NCBI GenBank assembly: GCA_965261395.1
Contig: OZ253462.1
Location: 3,360,001-3,424,000 of the forward strand
Reading direction: 5' to 3'
From: Candidatus Latescibacterota bacterium
GTDB lineage: Bacteria; Latescibacterota; UBA2968; UBA8231
DNA: 64,000 bases
Shown here: positions 57,558 to 64,000 of the stretch, one piece after another
Position numbering within the stretch: position 1 is the first letter of the stretch
Layout of the letters: each line of letters starts with the position of its first letter
The notes under the pieces: generated by a model
What the model was told of the DNA's origin: nothing
Databases searched by the model: none
The model's input: only the letters and a program-made list of their open reading frames with translations
Made by a program: the position numbers and the translations under genes

Positions 57558-59861
57558 TCATACCCAGAAAATGGCATTGCCCACCTTTCCGGTGAAGTAA
57601 TCGACAATCAGCCATGCGCCATTGCACAGAGCCTGTCCCGAGATCAAGCCAAGAAAAAAGGCCTGGCTGCGCGTATAGTGGCCGGCTCCTCCATACTTGA
57701 GCACCAGCTTCTTTATTAGCCAGGCCAAAAACACGCTGAACCAGACGTAGTCCATCATGCTGTTGGCCCCGATGGGAAATCCCAGCGGGTGCACCGGCCA
57801 CCAGAGCAAGCGCTGGCGCAGCCACGTCAACAGGAACATCGCGGCACCCCCCCCGACGCAAAAGCCCAACCCGACCCTGTCAATTCCAGAGGGTTCCATA
57901 TTCCTCAAGGCACTGTCGTAAACTGCGGACGGAGCTCCGTGAAAGAACCAGCTATTCAGATTGATTCCACCGTACTTGTAGCTCGTGTGGAAGATCATCC
58001 AGCACGCGCCCAGACTGCCAATTAGCAGTGCCAAGATAATACTCCAGAACGCACAGCGCCGGCTTGGGCGGCCCATCTCCTCGACCAGCTTTAGGCCGTT
58101 GGCACAGGTGGCCATGACGAATACCCGGAGACTGCCGCTCCACATATAGCCCATGGATAAATTGAACACACCGGTCGGGCCCACTAGCTGGGACCCCAAA
58201 CCCTGGATCAGCAGATCTGGGGCGATCATAGGAGTTCGCACAGCAGCCAGTCCGGCTTCGGCCACGACGCGGGTAATGCCGACAAAAATCATCATTGCAA
58301 CCACCACAAATACCAGCGAGATCCACCACGGAGTCCCCAAGGCCCACAGCCAGCCCACCATCACTAGGACGCCCCCTGCACCCCCGATCACGGCACTGCG
58401 GTAGGAGCATATCTCGTCCCCATCGTCGATATGAGGTGCCCTGCCAAGTGCTTTCAGCACGACATTTTTGAGATGTTCCCGGCCGCTCCACAAGCCCAGC
58501 ACGACCAGAGTCAGCAGGGCCCCGACCCCTTGGTAGGCCAGAAAGGGAGAATCGCTCACGCCAAAGACAATGTGTTGTTCGGATTGCAAGCCGATAGCGG
58601 GCAAAACGGCCTTCTCCATCTTGAGTAACAAGTAGAAAAACCAAATCCCGGCGGCGACATGGGTATTGATCAGGTAGGAAAATCCCAAAATCATGAAGGT
58701 TATGTGGAGCTGCAGGGTATGGGGCGGAAAGAAGGGAATGATCCAGGTGAGTTGAAAGGGGCTGAAGGCGGGATTGTAACGGTGCAGAGCGATGAGACTA
58801 CCGACGATGAACGGGATGGAACAGCCCGCCCACATAGCCCAGCTCTTGAAAAAGCCGTTGACTAGTTGGCCAGAATCTTCCCCGCGCACCATGGCCAGAG
58901 GCACCTGGGTAATGGGATAGGCCAGCCGCTCTCGCTCCACCCATTGCCGTCGCAGGATCACCGCAGTACATACCATGGCTACGTACAGGGCTAGCAGGAA
59001 AATCCCCCACCAGACCAGCGGCTCTACCCAAGCTGAGAAGGGGATGTCGTGTCCGGCCTGGGAAATGCCCTCGTAGAAGCTCCTATTGTCGTTGCCGTCG
59101 TCGACCAGGATATGGTGCTCGGGCACATGGGGCAAAAGCTTCTCCATCCACTCGTTCTCCGGCGAGGCATAGTAGAAAAGGGCGGTCAGCATGGGCAGCA
59201 GTTGCTCGCTCAACCCCATAGTGCACAGAGCTGAGACGATTAGTAGCATGAGGTAGACCAGGATGAGTTCCGACCTATTCAGCGCCAAACTGGCCCCGTC
59301 TTGCACCACCTTGACGTTGAGCAGCGCCGTAATGACGACAAAGGTGGAAAAAATCAAGCCAGGAGAATGGGGATCAAGCTCGTCGAAGGGCCAGAAGGCA
59401 TAGGCATAGGCCCCAATTAGGATAAAGGCGAAAAGCAAGGCGGAGAGAAGTCCTCTGGCCGCCAGTTTGAAGCAGAGATTGAGTACCCCGATGAGGAAGA
59501 GGAAGAGGAAGATGGCTCCCGGTGTGCTGAAATCGAGAGCCATGTACGAGCCCCGGATAACCATATTGCCGTAGGGGGCTCCAATGGCTAGGAAAAAGCT
59601 CAGAAAAGTCCCCACCCAGAACGCCCGGAAGGACAGTTTCTGCGATCTGGCCCCTTCCGCCCTGCGGCGCTCAAGGAAATGCCTGTACGTCTTGGGAATC
59701 AATTGCTGCAGATATGCACTCCTCGCCTTGGGCAAGCCCGCAACGGATTCGACGTCTCGGAGTAGATAGCCTGAGTCTTGGAACGCCACTAATCCGCCTC
59801 TACCGGCCGTAGAGGACGCTATATTGTCTCCCAAGGAACCGACCTGCCGAATCGCCGCCAT
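57558..59861 (-). CDS. DUF6785/DUF6784-type polytopic membrane protein (paralog with extensions)
   Basis: ASPENEW, RRQWVERERLAYP, CANGLKLVEE, WWPVHPLG, LKYGG. Confidence 0.75.
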   Translation of the reverse strand: MAAIRQVGSLGDNIASSTAGRGGLVAFQDSGYLLRDVESVAGLPKARSAYLQQLIPKTYRHFLERRRAEGARSQKLSFRAFWVGTFLSFFLAIGAPYGNMVIRGSYMALDFSTPGAIFLFLFLIGVLNLCFKLAARGLLSALLFAFILIGAYAYAFWPFDELDPHSPGLIFSTFVVITALLNVKVVQDGASLALNRSELILVYLMLLIVSALCTMGLSEQLLPMLTALFYYASPENEWMEKLLPHVPEHHILVDDGNDNRSFYEGISQAGHDIPFSAWVEPLVWWGIFLLALYVAMVCTAVILRRQWVERERLAYPITQVPLAMVRGEDSGQLVNGFFKSWAMWAGCSIPFIVGSLIALHRYNPAFSPFQLTWIIPFFPPHTLQLHITFMILGFSYLINTHVAAGIWFFYLLLKMEKAVLPAIGLQSEQHIVFGVSDSPFLAYQGVGALLTLVVLGLWSGREHLKNVVLKALGRAPHIDDGDEICSYRSAVIGGAGGVLVMVGWLWALGTPWWISLVFVVVAMMIFVGITRVVAEAGLAAVRTPMIAPDLLIQGLGSQLVGPTGVFNLSMGYMWSGSLRVFVMATCANGLKLVEEMGRPSRRCAFWSIILALLIGSLGACWMIFHTSYKYGGINLNSWFFHGAPSAVYDSALRNMEPSGIDRVGLGFCVGGGAAMFLLTWLRQRLLWWPVHPLGFPIGANSMMDYVWFSVFLAWLIKKLVLKYGGAGHYTRSQAFFLGLISGQALCNGAWLIVDYFTGKVGNAIFWV

Positions 59862-60207
59862 AAAATATAAACGTATTGCCCTAAAATACCCTCCTCTTGA
59901 GGATATACAAACCCGCCCGCAGTTCTCTAAGTTGATGTTTTGTCAATTTCTGGAAATTCTCGACACATTAGTCAATCATTTTTTGCTTGACTTTATTGTC
60001 AGTATATTTTATGGATTAGTGATTAATTATGCTCTCCGTACCTTTTTCAACTTTTCTAACCTTATATTTTTTCAATATTTTTCAAAAAGAAAGGAGGAAG
60101 ATAGAGCTGTCTTTTTTCATTGTTCCGAGCACTATTTTCGTGCTTCCTCATACGAGAAACTCTCAAGAGCGAGGAAACTGAAAATCTACTTATCGGAGGA
60201 AGAAAGC

Positions 60208-61116
60208 ATGAGACGCTTTACTCTTTTCTTTTTAATCTTGGGTTTAGGCATAGGACTTCCCAGCGATGCCAGGGCCCACATTGGAGACAATGTGTATTTG
60301 TTCTTCGAGATTGCCGATGAAGATCTCGAAGAGTTCGATTTTACGGATGGAACGATCGAGGAGTGGGAAGAGATCGTCGGGGAACCATCCTTGCTGCCGG
60401 GAAACTTCATCTTTTCTGAGACCGTAGGGGATGGAGCCCAGTACGATCCGGCCGACATGGACTTCCGGATCTGGTTGGGCTGGAACGCGACTACAGACCG
60501 TTTCTACTACGGGGTGTGGAGATCGGACAACGTCTACATCAACGAGTATGCCGGCGGCAATCCAGGCGAGATATGGCGACACGACTCCATATCCTTCAAG
60601 ATCGATGCCGATCATTCGGGCGGGCCGTATCAATTCAGTCAGGACGACTTTGAGACCGAAGAGGATTACAAACTGGCTAGGGGGTCTCATGCCCAAATGT
60701 TCAATTTTATCCCCACCTCGCCCGACGACATCATAGTCGGGCATACCACCGAAGCCGGGGAGTGGCTCGTTTCCCCGCCCTTCAGTGAATCGGGTGGGGC
60801 CGCGGTGGGCCAGAATCCCACTATCCTGATCAACGAAGCCTATATAACTGCTTTTGACAGGCTGATCTACAATGATCCGGCGGGGAGCGTGGTGTCCGAT
60901 CTTTTCCCCGGCAAAATCATCGGTTTTGAAACCTCTCCTTCCGACTTCGACACCGAGCCGACTGCGTACCGCTCTTTTTCCACCCTGTCGGGTCAGTCTG
61001 GAACCAGCGGCGAATCCAGTCGTTTTGTCGATGGGCGTCTGATCGGCGTAAGCGGAGACGATACCGCTGTCGAGAGGAACTCCTGGGGGCGCATCAAAGC
61101 TTCTTTCGAAGATTGA
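60208..61116 (+). CDS. Secreted acidic protein, possibly CBM9/DOMON-like, with C-terminal TAVE..SWG.IK tail
   Basis: GGAGG RBS, signal peptide ending ARA-H, DG.IEEW, WLGWN...D..Y; tail DTAVERNSWGRIKASFED. Confidence 0.65.
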   Translation: MRRFTLFFLILGLGIGLPSDARAHIGDNVYLFFEIADEDLEEFDFTDGTIEEWEEIVGEPSLLPGNFIFSETVGDGAQYDPADMDFRIWLGWNATTDRFYYGVWRSDNVYINEYAGGNPGEIWRHDSISFKIDADHSGGPYQFSQDDFETEEDYKLARGSHAQMFNFIPTSPDDIIVGHTTEAGEWLVSPPFSESGGAAVGQNPTILINEAYITAFDRLIYNDPAGSVVSDLFPGKIIGFETSPSDFDTEPTAYRSFSTLSGQSGTSGESSRFVDGRLIGVSGDDTAVERNSWGRIKASFED

Positions 61117-61173
61117 ACTAGGAGCTCCAGCCCAGCAAGGCCGCCTTGGGCTCAGATACAAGCGGCTAACTAG

Positions 61174-61216
61174 AACAGTCCCAATAGCGCATGTGTAATG
61201 TGCTATTGGGACTGTT
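61174..61216 (+). terminator. Intrinsic terminator
   Basis: aacagtcccaatagcgcat-gtgta-atgtgctattgggactgtt then ttattatt. Confidence 0.7.
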
Positions 61217-61306
61217 TATTATTCCTCCAGATAGCTAATCGCCGGAGCGTTGGAGTCCGGCGGATAGTCCCCATTCATCTCCACCTTTAGACCTTTGCAC
61301 AGTGCC

Positions 61307-62119
61307 ATGGCGGGCCAATTGAACGAAAAACAGCAGTGTCAGTGGGCGACTGATGGCTACCTGTTGTTGAAAGACCTGCTTTCGCCGCTAGAGGTGAAAC
61401 GATTCGCTCGGGAAGTGGACCGGCTTTACTGCGAGCATGTGCCTCGTGATGGTCGGGTAGCCGGGAAGGGGATGGACATCTATTTTGCTATAGAAGAGAG
61501 CGAGGTGTTGATGGAACTGATCGACTACCCGCCGATCTTCGACCTAGCTCTCGAGTTGATGGGGCCCTACATCCAGTTGAGTATGGCCGAGGTTCTAGTG
61601 CGCCCTCCCAATCCCGAGGCCGCAGGCTATATCCATACCGATGGAGGACCGGGGCTGCGCCGCATTCGGGTGACCGAAAAAAGCTGGCCCCTTCAGATAA
61701 AGGTTCAATATTTCCTGACGGATGTTGCCGAGCCCTACAGCGGAAATTTCACCCTTTGCCCAGGGAGTCATTTGCTGTCATTTCCAGAGGTTCCCCCCGG
61801 CGACGAGCACCTGCCAACCGGTGTAGAGACGCCGGGAGCGGTTCAGCTCTGTGTCGCGGCGGGAGACGCGGCCGTGTTCTCCCATTCGCTCTGGCACGGC
61901 GTCGCACCGAATCGCTCGCGCCGCACTAGGAAATCGCTGATTTTCGGGTACAGCCAGTTGTTCCTCCGGTCTTTCGGCTATGACCGGCCTTCGCGGGAAC
62001 TACTGGCGCAGTGTACTCCCAGACAGCGGCGCTTGTTGGGTGACATGGGACGCGCTTGGCACCCGGGCGCTTATTTCAAGCCGCCCCAAGACCAAGTCGA
62101 ACTCATGCGAGAGAAGTAG
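61307..62119 (+). CDS. PhyH-family dioxygenase
   Basis: IHTDG, KVQYFLTD, CPGSH, LWHGVAPN; close paralog of 46455..47318. Confidence 0.9.
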   Translation: MAGQLNEKQQCQWATDGYLLLKDLLSPLEVKRFAREVDRLYCEHVPRDGRVAGKGMDIYFAIEESEVLMELIDYPPIFDLALELMGPYIQLSMAEVLVRPPNPEAAGYIHTDGGPGLRRIRVTEKSWPLQIKVQYFLTDVAEPYSGNFTLCPGSHLLSFPEVPPGDEHLPTGVETPGAVQLCVAAGDAAVFSHSLWHGVAPNRSRRTRKSLIFGYSQLFLRSFGYDRPSRELLAQCTPRQRRLLGDMGRAWHPGAYFKPPQDQVELMREK

Positions 62120-62140
62120 CAGCGCCAGAGCGCGCAGTCT

Positions 62141-64000
62141 ATGGAAAGTACCACGCCGCTTGCCAAGTCGGAAAATTCGGCGGTATCTGCGGCCGAGGGT
62201 CATAGACCGCGCGTTACCTTCCTCTCCCTGCTGGTCGGTTCCCTGTTCGTCTTCTGCATAGCTGCCGGAGCGCCGTATGCCAATATGGTATTGCGGGGTT
62301 CGTACATGGCGCTCGATTTCAGCAATGCCGGCGCCATCTTCCTCTTTTTCTTTTTTATGCTTTTGGTGCCCGCGATCCTAAGGCACTTCCGTCTGAAGTT
62401 CCGCGACCACGAACTGGTTGTCATCTACATCATGGCTCTTGTGGGTTCTTCGATTGCCACGCTGGGCCTTACGGAAAATTTTCTCCCCATCATCAGCGGC
62501 GGCCTCTACTATGCCAACTCGGAAAACGCATGGGCCGAGCAGATCCATCCCTACACCCGCCGCTGGATGTTCCCCCAGGATTGGGAAGCAGTCAAGTACT
62601 TCTACGAGGGCTTGCCGACGGGCTATCCTATCCCTTGGGCCGCCTGGATAAAGCCACTCCTTTGCTGGCTTCCCGCGATCCTAGCCCTCTACTTCGCCAT
62701 GATCTGCACAACGGTCATCCTGCGGCGCCAGTGGATCCAGCACGAGCGCCTGATCTTTCCCTTGGTCCAACTCCCCCTAGCCATACTTGCGGAGGGAGAG
62801 CAAACCTCGCGCTACAAGCCCTTTTTTAAAAACCCGATCATGTGGACCGGATTCGCCATTCCTTTCACTGTGGGTTCCATGCGCGCCTTGCACAACTATC
62901 ACAACTTCATTCCCGACATCAACTTGGTCGCCAGCTTCCCCTTCTTCCGGCAGACCACCGAGGTGACCATTGCGCTCAGCTTTCCCATGGTCGGCTTTTC
63001 GTACTTCGTCAATCTGGATATCGCCCTAGGCATTTGGCTCTTTAACCTGATCGCCCGCATCGAAGAGGGGTGCCTCAATATGTTGGGGGTCTCTAGCACC
63101 GAGGTGCTGGATTTTTCCGGGCCGTCTCCTCTCGTCGCCCATCAGGGCATGGGTGCCATAATCGTCTTAGTGATCTTCGGTTTCTGGATGGGACGCCGAC
63201 ATCTTGCTCAGGTTTTCCGCAAGGCTTTCCAGGGCGATGAGAGCATCGACGATTCGGACGAAATCCTCTCCTATCGAGTCGCCGTCCTCGGCCTGCTGGT
63301 CAGCAATCTCTTTATCGGCTGGTGGCTGCTGGAGGCCGGCATGGCCTTCTGGGTAGTACCCATCTACCTATTCGCCTTGTTTCTGCTTTGCATCGGTGTG
63401 AGCCGGGTAGTCTCCGAAGGCGGTGTTGCCTCGACGCGCACCCCTCTCATACCCACGGCTTTTGTCGCCTCGGGCTTGGGCAGCAGCACCCTCGGCCCCC
63501 AGAATCTGACCGTCTTAGGGATGACCTATGTCTGGGCCACCAGTCTGCGCAACCTGCTCATGGCCTCCTGCGCCAATGGCCTCAAGCTGGCCGAAGAGTA
63601 CTTGCCGGGTAACAAGCGCGCGCTGTTCTGGGCGATGCTGCTGGCCATTGTGGTCAGTCTGGTCTCTTCGATCTGGGCGGTGCTCTACCTGAGTTATTCC
63701 TACGGCGGGATCAATCTCAACGGCTGGTTCTTCGGCCCTTCAGGCATGCCGGTCTATCCGTTCAATTTTGTTAGTCGCGAACTCAACAGCCCCGATGGCC
63801 CCGATATCGGCGGCTGGCTCGCTACTGCGGCCGGAGGCAGCATTATGGCCCTGCTGATGGTTGCCCGTCAGTACCTGACTTGGTGGCCCCTGCACCCGCT
63901 GGGCTTTGCCATCAGCACCAATGCTATGACGAACTACATCTGGTTCAGTGTCTTTTTGGCTTGGCTCATCAAGGGTCTGGTCCTCAAGTACGGAGGACCG
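62141..64000 (+). CDS. DUF6785/DUF6784-type polytopic membrane protein (3' partial; absent from ORF track)
   Basis: MESTTP...GAPYANMVLRGSYMALDFS, RRQWIQHERLIFP, CANGLKLAEE, WWPLHPLG, VLKYGG; runs off window. Confidence 0.8.
   Translation, partial: MESTTPLAKSENSAVSAAEGHRPRVTFLSLLVGSLFVFCIAAGAPYANMVLRGSYMALDFSNAGAIFLFFFFMLLVPAILRHFRLKFRDHELVVIYIMALVGSSIATLGLTENFLPIISGGLYYANSENAWAEQIHPYTRRWMFPQDWEAVKYFYEGLPTGYPIPWAAWIKPLLCWLPAILALYFAMICTTVILRRQWIQHERLIFPLVQLPLAILAEGEQTSRYKPFFKNPIMWTGFAIPFTVGSMRALHNYHNFIPDINLVASFPFFRQTTEVTIALSFPMVGFSYFVNLDIALGIWLFNLIARIEEGCLNMLGVSSTEVLDFSGPSPLVAHQGMGAIIVLVIFGFWMGRRHLAQVFRKAFQGDESIDDSDEILSYRVAVLGLLVSNLFIGWWLLEAGMAFWVVPIYLFALFLLCIGVSRVVSEGGVASTRTPLIPTAFVASGLGSSTLGPQNLTVLGMTYVWATSLRNLLMASCANGLKLAEEYLPGNKRALFWAMLLAIVVSLVSSIWAVLYLSYSYGGINLNGWFFGPSGMPVYPFNFVSRELNSPDGPDIGGWLATAAGGSIMALLMVARQYLTWWPLHPLGFAISTNAMTNYIWFSVFLAWLIKGLVLKYGGP

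Noticed and set aside
59824-60207. 128-aa N-terminal extension of the 60208 gene
   Set aside because: AT-rich divergent promoter region; RBS and signal peptide indicate ATG 60208
1-64000. CRISPR array, rRNA, tRNA
   Set aside because: No regularly spaced repeat-spacer series or recognisable structural RNA gene was seen; the 37-bp repeats are 677 and ~1300 bp apart and derive from a gene end

Overview
GC-rich bacterial chromosomal segment. The gene content (FlgD-Ig C-terminal protein, three DUF6785-type membrane proteins, four PhyH dioxygenases, sulfatase, ankyrin and TPR proteins) suggests Latescibacterota or a related FCB lineage, possibly a marine or sponge symbiont; this is inference only. 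The core content is a DUF4175/TPR/conserved secreted protein cluster, a MoxR-DUF58 pair, a suf Fe-S operon (sufB | sufC sufD sufS sufU sufT rrf2), ABC transport genes, catabolic oxidoreductases, hsp20 with a sigma-54 promoter, and a flotillin-NfeD pair. Superimposed are eight IS elements or large remnants (IS701 x2, IS30, IS5 family x5 including two near-identical 1176-bp copies) and one small IS relic. There are also several AT-rich accessory islets with mostly decayed toxin-antitoxin or defence genes. The most unusual signals are (i) an integrase-free islet at 8.26-10.2 kb punctuated by three copies of the 3' end of the upstream gene, (ii) two related perfect palindromes at islet borders, one overlapping a promoter for an unannotated 50-aa membrane peptide inside the suf operon, and (iii) the recurring DUF6785 membrane-protein modules. 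No rRNA, tRNA or CRISPR array was seen. All family names come from motif recognition, not database searches.
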